Shown here: one piece after another, positions 10,634-19,132 of the stretch
How the letters are laid out: every line of letters starts with the position of its first letter
How positions within the stretch are numbered: position 1 is the first letter of the stretch
Virus record (IMG/VR): IMGVR_UViG_3300028558_000001
Span: 1 to 64,000 of that record
DNA: 64,000 nucleotides
DNA from: a virus
Reading direction: 5' to 3' (one strand)
Program-made: the position numbers and the translations under genes
Notes under the pieces: generated by a model
Told to the model about the DNA's origin: nothing
Database searches by the model: none
Seen by the model: only the letters and a program-made list of their open reading frames with translations

Positions 10634-11998
10634 ATGTCAACAATTTCAGTTAACAATATACAAACAACAGATGCTAATACCGACTTAGCAATTTCTACGG
10701 GAACTGCTAATGCTATTGTGGTTGGAGCTAATGGCGAATTAATAATCGGTTCAAATAACCTTGTTTCTAATTCATCATCCATTAGTTTTATGAGTAATAC
10801 ATTCTTTGTTAATACTTCTGTTATTTCTACTAATTTAGCAATTATTTCAAATACAGCTAACATAACAGCAAATAATATTACTGCAAATAATATTACTGCA
10901 AATAATATTACTGCAAATAATATTACTGTTGGAAATACAACTGCAAATACTTTCATTAATTCAACATCTATTTCACTTTCAAATACATCATCTTCACTTA
11001 TCCTAACACCATCTAGTAGTCTTGGTTTTAGAAATAGAATCATTAATGGTCAATTTTGGATAGATCAACATCAGGGTGGAATATTAATTACTCCTACAAA
11101 TGGGGCATTTATGTGTGATCGTTGGAGATATGGAGGTACACAAGCATCAAAATTTAATACCCAAGTAGTAATTAGCGGAGCAACTGGAATTGCTGGATTT
11201 AATAATTGCCTTACCGCAACCGTAGCATCTGCATACTCTGTAACATCAACAGATTATTTTTATATGACACAAGCAATTGAAACTCCTTATTTTGCAGATT
11301 TTGGTTTTGGCACATCAAATGCTAAATCCATTGCTTTATCATTTTGGGTACAATCTTCTATAACAGGTACACATTCTGGTACTTTAAGAAATTATGCTGG
11401 TACTAGAAGTTATCCATTTACTTTCACTATTTCGTCAGCAAATACATGGACGTATATTACTACCATCATACCAGCAGATACAACAGGAACTTGGGTGTCA
11501 TGGGGAGCAACTGGTTGTACACTTCTTACCTTTAATCTTGGTACTGGATCGAGCTATCTAGGTACGGCTGGATCGTGGGTATCAGGAAATTATACAGGTG
11601 CAACTGGTTCTGTTAATATTGTAGGAACAGCAAGTGCTACATTTTCAATTGCTGGGGTACAACTTGAACCAATTACCGTTACGCCATTTGAAAACAGAAT
11701 TTATGGTTTAGAATATATGTTATGTCAAAGATATTATCAAGTACTACAAGGGGCACTTGTAACATGGACAAGTGGCAATGGTACATATGGTGGTGCTCTT
11801 GATTCTAGAACTCTTCAAGTTCAATTGAGAGCTAGTCCAACAGCAACAGTGTCAACAGTGTCATCTGGCGGTGGATGGGTTGGAACTGGTTGGAATTATA
11901 CTGGAGATACTGGATATTACCAAGTTTGGCCTAGTAATGCTAGTATCGTTCAAGGTTCATATGCAGCATACTCAATAAGACTTACAGCGGAATTATAA
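10634..11998 (+). CDS. Tail fibre protein with carbohydrate-binding-like C-terminal domain
   Basis: RNRIING...DRW...VQLE...TPFE.R...LCQRYY signature. Confidence 0.75.
   Translation: MSTISVNNIQTTDANTDLAISTGTANAIVVGANGELIIGSNNLVSNSSSISFMSNTFFVNTSVISTNLAIISNTANITANNITANNITANNITANNITVGNTTANTFINSTSISLSNTSSSLILTPSSSLGFRNRIINGQFWIDQHQGGILITPTNGAFMCDRWRYGGTQASKFNTQVVISGATGIAGFNNCLTATVASAYSVTSTDYFYMTQAIETPYFADFGFGTSNAKSIALSFWVQSSITGTHSGTLRNYAGTRSYPFTFTISSANTWTYITTIIPADTTGTWVSWGATGCTLLTFNLGTGSSYLGTAGSWVSGNYTGATGSVNIVGTASATFSIAGVQLEPITVTPFENRIYGLEYMLCQRYYQVLQGALVTWTSGNGTYGGALDSRTLQVQLRASPTATVSTVSSGGGWVGTGWNYTGDTGYYQVWPSNASIVQGSYAAYSIRLTAEL
10868..10927 (+). repeat. In-frame 15-bp tandem repeat (GCAAATAATATTACT x4, encoding ANNIT)
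   Basis: Four exact copies. Confidence 0.95.
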
Positions 11999-12000
11999 AC

Positions 12001-12489
12001 ATGTCATATACATTAACAACTAATAATACAGTAGTAAGAGATTTAGATGGAGCATTTATTCCAAATGATCCTAATAATCTTGACTGGCAAATATATCAAG
12101 GATGGTTAAATCAAGGTAATACGCCAAATCCAGAACCATCAACTATACCAACTATTCCTAATCTAATTGCTTATGCAGCAAATAAGAGGTATACACTTGA
12201 AACTGGTGGGATTACTTTAAATGGTACATCAGTCAGTACATCTAGGGATAGTCAAGCAATGATTGATGGAGCTTATACATATATTACTACATCAGGTGCT
12301 TCAACTATTTCATATAAATCAGATTCAGGTTGGATCACAATGGATGCTGCTACTGTAAAAGCAGTTGCACTTGCTATTGGTCAACATGTACAGAACTGTT
12401 TTACATCAGAACAAGCAGTAGATGCAGCTATTAATGCAGGAACAATTACAACATTTGCTCAAATTGATTCCTATAACTGGACGACATAA
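12001..12489 (+). CDS. Tail fibre assembly protein (DUF4376-like C-terminus)
   Basis: AFIPNDPNNLDWQIYQGWL N-terminus; YAANKRYTLETGG...HVQNCF C-terminus. Confidence 0.7.
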   Translation: MSYTLTTNNTVVRDLDGAFIPNDPNNLDWQIYQGWLNQGNTPNPEPSTIPTIPNLIAYAANKRYTLETGGITLNGTSVSTSRDSQAMIDGAYTYITTSGASTISYKSDSGWITMDAATVKAVALAIGQHVQNCFTSEQAVDAAINAGTITTFAQIDSYNWTT

Positions 12490-12498
12490 AGGGAAACA

Positions 12499-13011
12499 AT
12501 GACAACGATTTCAACAGTAGTTTATATGGAAAATGGATCAGTGTTAGTTACTAACACTGATCAAACACAATTAACAACAACAGATGCAGATTCAAATGTC
12601 GCATCATGGGTAGCGGCAGGGAACGTAATTACGCCTTACATTCCTCCATTAGTTGACGATTCATATCCACCAACTATTCCTAATCTAATTTCTTATGCAG
12701 CAAATAAGAGGTATACACTTGAAACTGGCGGAATAACTATAAATGGTGTATCTGTTGATACCTCTAGAGATAGTCAAGCTATGATTAATGGAGCTTATAT
12801 TTACATAACTACATCTGGAGCACCATCAATTGCCTATAAATCCGATTCAGGATGGATCACAATGGATGCTGCTACCATTAAAGCAATTGCCCTTGCTATT
12901 GGACAGCATGTACAGAACTGCTTTTTATCAGAACAAGCAATAGATATTGCTATTAATGCAGGAACAATTACAACATTCGTTCAAATTGAGTCATATAACT
13001 GGACGACATAA
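12499..13011 (+). CDS. Tail fibre assembly protein paralog (DUF4376-like C-terminus)
   Basis: C-terminal ~110 aa nearly identical to 12001..12489. Confidence 0.7.
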   Translation: MTTISTVVYMENGSVLVTNTDQTQLTTTDADSNVASWVAAGNVITPYIPPLVDDSYPPTIPNLISYAANKRYTLETGGITINGVSVDTSRDSQAMINGAYIYITTSGAPSIAYKSDSGWITMDAATIKAIALAIGQHVQNCFLSEQAIDIAINAGTITTFVQIESYNWTT

Positions 13012-13039
13012 AAAAGAGGGGCTAAATGCCCCTCTTTTT
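13011..13039. terminator. Bidirectional intrinsic terminator
   Basis: AAAAAGAGGGGC-TAAAT-GCCCCTCTTTTT between convergent genes. Confidence 0.9.
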
Positions 13040-14396
13040 ACTGGTTACTTAATTCACGAATATTAGCTAATGTCTGAGTCCGAAGGGTCTTACCATCAAT
13101 CCAAACATCTTCTAATAGGTTCTTGTTCTTCCCTACCTCAATTTCAGGGACGGTCTTAAAGCCGTCTTCATCCTTAATTAGAGCTAGGCGACCTTTCTTT
13201 GAAACCTTATTTGGATCAGTCTTTGGAGCCTTGTAAATATCTCCCCAAAAACCAGAAGCGTCCTTCTTGGCAGATGCTTTCATAGCAAATCCGAGAGTAT
13301 CACGATTCACGGTCTGTAGAAGTTCACCGCCCATACCGAATGTGATATTGTCAGTAGAAAAACCTTCTACATTGATGTTTTCAAGACATTCTTTAATTGA
13401 ACGCTCATTAACACCATCACCCTGAATTACACGAATACAAGATGGCAGAACCTTATAACCCTTATCATTAGTTACTGTACCAAAATCTCTGGCTAATTGT
13501 TCAATAACTTCAAGTGGAATAAGAGTAGGATCACCAGAATCAGGACGAACTACAAGAGTTGCACCAGATTCAAGAATCTTATCCTTAAGAGCATAACCCC
13601 AAATATGCTTAACTGCATACATTAGATCATATGAATCAGAAACTACCGCTACTAAGCGTCCCGGTTTAGCGAACTTGTCTAGCATATTCTCATATGCCTG
13701 AAATTCACTGTTCTTTCCCCATGACGTGATAGTGGAATGTTCGGCTGCTGGAATTGAGAAACCGGCCATTGTTTCACCATAGACTTCTCTAGCAGTTACC
13801 AGAGCGCCTAAAGTGTCAGTTCCCATAAAGTTAACTAGATGGGCTGTTCCACCAATCTTTCCTGATTCCTCAGATGAAACTCCACGGAAACCAAAGTCAT
13901 GTAGTTTGAAATTGATAAGTGAAGGATCACCAGTCTCATATAAGCTCTGTAGAATGATATTCTTAATGAACTTAGAACGAGTTGCAACCGTGATTGGATA
14001 CCAGATACGTAGAAGCATTGTTTCTACGAAAGAAGTTAACCAAGGGAAACGAGGATCAGTATTGATTACCTGTACAAGAACATTGTGATTTGGAACAATT
14101 AGTCCTTCCTTAACAGCCTGAATACGAATTGGAAGATAACCAAGAGCGGCAATATCTAACCAACCCTTGAGGTTGAACTCAAATCCATGAGAAGTTAAGA
14201 TTTCATTGGCCTGAATAACTTCTGGGATAGTTGGACACTTTAACTTATCCAGAATCATTTGAAGACCAAAGAACACTGAATAAGTGTAACTCTTATCAGA
14301 ACGTGCCTCGATGTAACTTGAAATGTATTCAGTTCCATCGGGGTACTGTAAGTAGTGACTCGCCTTATATGAATCTGCGTTTAATAGAATACTCAT
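13038..14396 (-). CDS. nadV: Nicotinamide phosphoribosyltransferase
   Basis: ADSYKASH, LHDFGFRG, AAEHS, VSDSYD, VRPDSGDP, IQGDG motifs. Confidence 0.95.
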   Translation of the reverse strand: MSILLNADSYKASHYLQYPDGTEYISSYIEARSDKSYTYSVFFGLQMILDKLKCPTIPEVIQANEILTSHGFEFNLKGWLDIAALGYLPIRIQAVKEGLIVPNHNVLVQVINTDPRFPWLTSFVETMLLRIWYPITVATRSKFIKNIILQSLYETGDPSLINFKLHDFGFRGVSSEESGKIGGTAHLVNFMGTDTLGALVTAREVYGETMAGFSIPAAEHSTITSWGKNSEFQAYENMLDKFAKPGRLVAVVSDSYDLMYAVKHIWGYALKDKILESGATLVVRPDSGDPTLIPLEVIEQLARDFGTVTNDKGYKVLPSCIRVIQGDGVNERSIKECLENINVEGFSTDNITFGMGGELLQTVNRDTLGFAMKASAKKDASGFWGDIYKAPKTDPNKVSKKGRLALIKDEDGFKTVPEIEVGKNKNLLEDVWIDGKTLRTQTLANIRELSNQ

Positions 14397-14445
14397 TAGG
14401 AAACTCCTTCCTGTTTGTGATAATAACTATTCACTCCGAATAGTC
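14397..14445 (-). promoter_or_regulatory. Tandem GGAGU-loop hairpins in the nadV leader
   Basis: GACTATTC-GGAGT-GAATAGTT then AGGAA-GGAGT-TTCCT immediately before the ATG. Confidence 0.7.
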
Positions 14446-14599
14446 AGTTTTTTCTTAAGATACGTTCTCTAATACTTAAGAAGTTTTTACTAGTAGAGTA
14501 ATTAATGAAATGTTCAGCTATTTCTCTACTAACATATATTCCTTCAACAAATCCAGTTGAAGTCCATTCAACAACGTATACTCTATCATCAATCATCAT
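14444..14599 (-). CDS. Small hypothetical protein (51 aa, not in the ORF track)
   Basis: MMIDDRVYVVEWTSTG...; fills the gap between nadM and nadV; weak SD. Confidence 0.45.
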   Translation of the reverse strand: MMIDDRVYVVEWTSTGFVEGIYVSREIAEHFINYSTSKNFLSIRERILRKN

Positions 14600-14613
14600 A
14601 ACCGTCTGGCATT

Positions 14614-15660
14614 TCACTTTCCTAACATAGTTTGAATAATGTGGTAGTGGTCATCATGAAATTCTTCTGGTTTTAGATCACCAAGAGGATACCATTGTGC
14701 TGATTCGGCGTCGTCATCACCCCTGACATGAAACAACTTAGTCCGATTCGGTAGTTCGAAAAGATAGGCCATTGTGATAACTCTTGCACGTAATGAACGA
14801 TTAGGATCATCAAATAGCTTTTCTTTAGTAATGAAGGACTTTAACATAGCTGGTGGTAGTTCACCTTTATCATCAGAAATCCGAGTTTCTTCTTTTAGTT
14901 CTCTGATAGCTGCTGGTTCTAGTCTTTCAGTGATATTAACATGTCCTCCCGGTAGAGCCTTAAGACCCTTCCCCGGATGATCCTTTCTAGTAATGAGAAG
15001 AATATGACCAGATTGGACAACTACTGCATCTACACATACCACAAACACATCAAATGCTTTGGGGTTGTAGTTCTTATTAAACTTATTTGCCGTGACTAGC
15101 CACTTGAAGTTCTCTGTCATAGCAAAGAAGGCCATAAAGTCAATGACTGCTTGAGGACAATGTGCAATATCGGGAATACGGTAGTAATCCGTAAAATATT
15201 CTGCTCTAATATTGGATGAGTTTAGAGTAGAGAATTGAGTTTCAACATTGATTGGTTCCCAATTAGGAAACATCTTTAGGTAATATGAAGTATGATCCTT
15301 GGCATAACCAACTAGACCAACCTTGATATTATCCTTATTAATACCAAGACTCTGATATGAGATTGGTAAAATCGCAGATACCGTCTTCTGCACTTCTGCA
15401 ATCCATTGATTATCATTATATGGATAATCATTAATACTTGCAGTAGTGATACGACCATCAGCATACTCTCTAGATAGAGACTTGATGATCATATTTTCTC
15501 GTTCATCGGCAGTAAATGGATTTCTTGGATTTCTTGCAGAATTGGCAGAACCAATTAAGATGATAACATGTTTAGAAACTTCTAAAGCTTTTCTAATAAC
15601 ATGTACGTGGCCTTGATGTAATGGTGCAAAACGGCCAATAAAAACAGCGTAATCTAACAT
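14614..15660 (-). CDS. nadM: Bifunctional NMN adenylyltransferase / Nudix hydrolase
   Basis: FIGRFAPLHQGH (HxGH) N-terminus and Nudix box GG...AAIRELKEET; start placed at MLDY after the GGAG SD. Confidence 0.93.
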   Translation of the reverse strand: MLDYAVFIGRFAPLHQGHVHVIRKALEVSKHVIILIGSANSARNPRNPFTADERENMIIKSLSREYADGRITTASINDYPYNDNQWIAEVQKTVSAILPISYQSLGINKDNIKVGLVGYAKDHTSYYLKMFPNWEPINVETQFSTLNSSNIRAEYFTDYYRIPDIAHCPQAVIDFMAFFAMTENFKWLVTANKFNKNYNPKAFDVFVVCVDAVVVQSGHILLITRKDHPGKGLKALPGGHVNITERLEPAAIRELKEETRISDDKGELPPAMLKSFITKEKLFDDPNRSLRARVITMAYLFELPNRTKLFHVRGDDDAESAQWYPLGDLKPEEFHDDHYHIIQTMLGK

Positions 15661-15703
15661 AGGAAACTCCTTCCTTAACATAAGTACCAGACTCCCTGAT
15701 ACT
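15661..15703 (-). promoter_or_regulatory. Tandem GGAGU-loop hairpins in the nadM leader
   Basis: AGTATCAG-GGAGT-CTGGTACT then AGGAA-GGAGT-TTCCT before the ATG; GATAAATA at 15710-15717 just upstream. Confidence 0.7.
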
Positions 15704-15712
15704 CTTCTTTAT

Positions 15713-15910
15713 TTATCGAATATAATTAGAAGTATTTGTTGTATGAAAATAATTACATAATGGACAGTAGATAGAATAATAATCTCCATCGCGTGTATCT
15801 GAATGGTATGCAGCTTCTTCTGCTTTAAATTCAAATATAGTCCCACAACTACTACATTCTATTTGATACCTTCTTTGTGAAGGTAACTGTCCATACTTAA
15901 TAATTTTCAT
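15713..15910 (-). CDS. Small zinc-ribbon protein
   Basis: CSSC and CPLC pairs; AGGAGG SD. Confidence 0.7.
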   Translation of the reverse strand: MKIIKYGQLPSQRRYQIECSSCGTIFEFKAEEAAYHSDTRDGDYYSIYCPLCNYFHTTNTSNYIR

Positions 15911-15963
15911 ACCAACCTCCTTCTCTCACTATAGGTAGATTCTACCAGACACTTTACTTAGAG

Positions 15964-16245
15964 TCAACCCAAAATTTCTTGTTCCTTGGCTAGACGTTCC
16001 TTATCCTTCTTAAGATGTTCATCAAACCAGTTCCTATATTGCTCGATAGTAATTCCTGTTTCTTTGGTATCAACCCATTGATACACTGTTGTTAGTGTAT
16101 TCATATTAAGCAAAGCACTCATGATACCACAAAGCATTGCTTCTACTTTGTCCAATTCTTTCTTTAGTTTTCTGGCTTTCATATCAGAAACTTCTGATTC
16201 TTCCCTATAATGGTCTGCGACTTCACGACTATCATAGCATGGCAT
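15964..16245 (-). CDS. Hypothetical protein
   Basis: ORF with GGAG SD. Confidence 0.7.
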   Translation of the reverse strand: MPCYDSREVADHYREESEVSDMKARKLKKELDKVEAMLCGIMSALLNMNTLTTVYQWVDTKETGITIEQYRNWFDEHLKKDKERLAKEQEILG

Positions 16246-16255
16246 ATCAAATCTC

Positions 16256-16648
16256 CTACTGTACTTGAATATCGGGAATAATTGACGATGGTTTAAACAC
16301 TACCTTATAATGATAAGGATTGGAGGGAACAGAGTCAATCTGTTCCGCAAAATAAGTCACATTATCAGATACTCCAAGATAATGTTTCTTATACTGATCA
16401 GGACCAGTCTTACAAATTACAGAGATTTCTTTTGGTAAGTTAGTACCGGGCTTAATAGAGCATAATCCTTCAATGGTTAGGATATAATCATTAGTAATTC
16501 CATTATAGAATACTACTCTCCTATTAACTTTAAAGCTGTCAGCATCTATTGACAAGTTGTTAGACACTACAACTGAATCAGGACTACAACCAGATAAAGC
16601 AGCAAGTGCAATTACAAAAAACAGAGGTTTAATAATATTAATTTTCAT
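16256..16648 (-). CDS. Lipoprotein
   Basis: Signal peptide with lipobox LSGC. Confidence 0.8.
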   Translation of the reverse strand: MKINIIKPLFFVIALAALSGCSPDSVVVSNNLSIDADSFKVNRRVVFYNGITNDYILTIEGLCSIKPGTNLPKEISVICKTGPDQYKKHYLGVSDNVTYFAEQIDSVPSNPYHYKVVFKPSSIIPDIQVQ

Positions 16649-16941
16649 AATGATAATTCTCCAACTGTATCTACTCTAGAATCAAATAAAACCAATTCTA
16701 TCTTCCTACGAGTGACTTTATGGGTAGACTCTAGACTATCCGCCACCATTTGTAAAGTGGATAATACAAGGGACTCTGGAATTTTATAGTTGAAATGTCT
16801 AGTGGCATAGCACTTGATACCGTCCCCTAGAGTAGGATCACCATCAATTGCAGAGAACTTCCACTTAAGAGCCTCTACATCAGGTTTAATATCTACGGGA
16901 TTACCTTCCATTGTTACATGGCACTCATAATATTTCGTCAT
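16645..16941 (-). CDS. Hypothetical protein
   Basis: AAGGA SD; 4-bp overlap with next gene. Confidence 0.7.
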   Translation of the reverse strand: MTKYYECHVTMEGNPVDIKPDVEALKWKFSAIDGDPTLGDGIKCYATRHFNYKIPESLVLSTLQMVADSLESTHKVTRRKIELVLFDSRVDTVGELSL

Positions 16942-16969
16942 AATATTTCCTTTTTATTCAAAATAACAC

Positions 16970-16998
16970 TTGACATGGTATAAAATATTTGGTATAAT
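16970..16998 (+). promoter_or_regulatory. Perfect sigma70 promoter, antisense to local genes
   Basis: TTGACA-N17-TATAAT with no credible + strand gene downstream. Confidence 0.85.
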
Positions 16999-17072
16999 CA
17001 GTATGTTGAAAAGAAATAGTGATTCGTTTGTTACCACTTATTGTTAGACTTTGTTACTAACTAGTGAGTATC

Positions 17073-17118
17073 AGAATAGAGTCAACGAAGTTCTTTCCGA
17101 ATGTAATGAGGAAAGTCA
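17073..17118 (+). repeat. 46-nt structured element, copy A
   Basis: 44/46 identical to the reverse complement of 43830..43875. Confidence 0.92.
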
Positions 17119-17155
17119 TAGTGATCCAATAATGAACCACTATGACTAGATTGTA

Positions 17156-18106
17156 TCAAAGACTATTAATATCTTCGTTACGTGAACGAAGATAACGATC
17201 AAATGCCTGTTCTAGTTCTGGTTTGTTGCCAGCAAACTCTACAACACCATAAGTATTCTTCTTAAGATCAGTATGTGGATTGAATCCATGTTCAAAGAAC
17301 ATTTCCCATCTACCAATATAGTTTCTCTTAATCTTAGTTCCGTGGAATAGATGTTCAATAGTATTATTGACTACACCTAGTTTACCATTGATATGTGTAA
17401 CTGCTCTGGCTTCCCAACGCTTAACAACATCTTTATATTCCTGAGTAATCTTTTCTGGTAGTGACCAGTCAGCTTTACCAGCAATACCTAGTGCCATATG
17501 ATGATCGGCTGAACCCATACCGCCTAGTTCGAATAGTCCACCAAGACGATCTAGAATATCTCTAGTCCAAATCCAAGCATAACCGGAATGAGGATAATCA
17601 TATGGACCCTTATCATGCTTCCAGAAGTTTGAAGAGTTTGGTGCTACTGGTTCACCAGATTTGTAAACATCAGCGAATGAACGATGGACAGCTAGATTTT
17701 CATCATTTGGTCCTAGATCATAAGCATAACGCCAAGGCTGTGCAACTGGATATAGATGAAGTGTATTAATACAATCAGCAGCCCATCCAGACTTACGGAA
17801 AATAATGTCAGCATCAAAAGTACCAATGTACTTTGCTGAGAATGGGAGTCTTGCAATACCAATATTTAGAAGTGATTCTTTATTCCAAACAAGAGTAGAA
17901 GCCTTTACCTTAACTAAGGTTACATTAGGATTTGCTTCTAAATGACCTAATGAAAAGGGACGATCACCAAACTGACATTCAACGATTGTTACATGTACAT
18001 TTGGTTCTAATAGCCAGTTAGCGATAGCTTTCTTTGCTAATTCAATGCGAGAATCCCATTGAACGGGATTGCTCACACAAGTTACTATATGTAGTGTGTT
18101 AGACAT
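17156..18106 (-). CDS. Glycosyltransferase-like (GT-A fold) protein
   Basis: WNKESLLNIG followed by a DAD (DxD) motif; GxD and HLFH downstream. Confidence 0.6.
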   Translation of the reverse strand: MSNTLHIVTCVSNPVQWDSRIELAKKAIANWLLEPNVHVTIVECQFGDRPFSLGHLEANPNVTLVKVKASTLVWNKESLLNIGIARLPFSAKYIGTFDADIIFRKSGWAADCINTLHLYPVAQPWRYAYDLGPNDENLAVHRSFADVYKSGEPVAPNSSNFWKHDKGPYDYPHSGYAWIWTRDILDRLGGLFELGGMGSADHHMALGIAGKADWSLPEKITQEYKDVVKRWEARAVTHINGKLGVVNNTIEHLFHGTKIKRNYIGRWEMFFEHGFNPHTDLKKNTYGVVEFAGNKPELEQAFDRYLRSRNEDINSL

Positions 18107-18114
18107 TAATTCTC

Positions 18115-18537
18115 CTATACTAGTTCTCTAGTTTCGATTTCGGATTTGTGGAATAGTTCTTGAAGGCGAATCGTAAATTTGTTCGCAAAGTTTTCATTAC
18201 TAAATAAAGCTACTACTTTATTGTCCATGATTGTTACCCATTTAAATTCTTCATTAACGTTAATAGTCTCATCGGGTGTTTTTGGTTTTAATGTTACTGT
18301 ACCAATATTTATTGGATTGCTCTTTTCTGGGACAGGTATTTCTTGTTTTAATTCTACCATTTTAAAAATATTTGATGGCGCTTCTCCAAGATAAGTACCC
18401 TTAAGACTAGTTACAATATAGAAATCTACAAAACATGAAGAAAATTCTACCATATAACTGCAACCACCGTATAAACATGTTGTTGTAGTAGAGTAGTCGA
18501 TTTGACATATTGCCATTTTTTTCATTAGACGCTCCAA
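18115..18537 (-). CDS. Hypothetical protein
   Basis: ORF in the operon; start uncertain. Confidence 0.6.
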   Translation of the reverse strand: MERLMKKMAICQIDYSTTTTCLYGGCSYMVEFSSCFVDFYIVTSLKGTYLGEAPSNIFKMVELKQEIPVPEKSNPINIGTVTLKPKTPDETINVNEEFKWVTIMDNKVVALFSNENFANKFTIRLQELFHKSEIETRELV

Positions 18538-19043
18538 TTATATTTTAGTTGTTCTTTTAGAAGTGGTGTAAATACGGACGCCACGTTATTGGCTTCCTTT
18601 TCCCAAGGAAGATTGTTATATTCTGCTATAGTAAGATTTTGCATATCCCGCATTCCTATTTTGAAACCATTTTTCCAGCACAGATATGGGCCGTCAGGGA
18701 TAAGATCACCATTGGTATGTTGCTTGGCATGTTGAAGTTCATGAAGAATAACCTCACATACTTCAATATCAGTAATATCATCAAAAGAAAGAAACTTCTC
18801 ATTGATAAGAATGCGTTTCAAATCAAATTCATAATTGGCTGACCAAGAGGAAAGTATTGGCCGTCCAAAAATCAGAGGGACATGGGCGCTGATTTCTAGA
18901 ATATTCTTTGCTTCCCGGTACGCTGTTCTGAAAAAAAGCTCATTATGAACTTGTTTATTAACAACGGCGGGAGTAATGGAAGAAGAATATCCCTTAGCTA
19001 GCTTGGAAAGTTCGGCAAACATATCAGCAAAACTAGAAATCAT
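18525..19043 (-). CDS. Putative zinc metallopeptidase-like protein
   Basis: HELQH (HExxH) and PWEKEA. Confidence 0.6.
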   Translation of the reverse strand: MISSFADMFAELSKLAKGYSSSITPAVVNKQVHNELFFRTAYREAKNILEISAHVPLIFGRPILSSWSANYEFDLKRILINEKFLSFDDITDIEVCEVILHELQHAKQHTNGDLIPDGPYLCWKNGFKIGMRDMQNLTIAEYNNLPWEKEANNVASVFTPLLKEQLKYNWSV

Positions 19044-19096
19044 CGTTATCTCCAAAAAGTTGTCAAAATAAGTTAAAATCTCCGTACCTAGACTTT

Positions 19097-19125
19097 TTTA
19101 TAAGCCAGATACGGAGACTTGTCAA
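19097..19125 (-). promoter_or_regulatory. Sigma70-type promoter overlapped by an inverted repeat
   Basis: TTGACA-N17-TATAAA; TCTCCGTA...TACGGAGA arms flank the -10. Confidence 0.75.
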
Positions 19126-19132
19126 TGCCTAC

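Noticed and set aside
5068-13011. Diversity-generating retroelement acting on the fibre paralogs
   Set aside because: No reverse transcriptase in the window, and differences between paralogs are not adenine-specific.
17107-17117. GAGGAAAGTC as the RNase P RNA signature
   Set aside because: Only about 150 nt are available, no matching P4 partner was seen, and the bases are explained by the local CTTTCC/GGAAAG hairpin.
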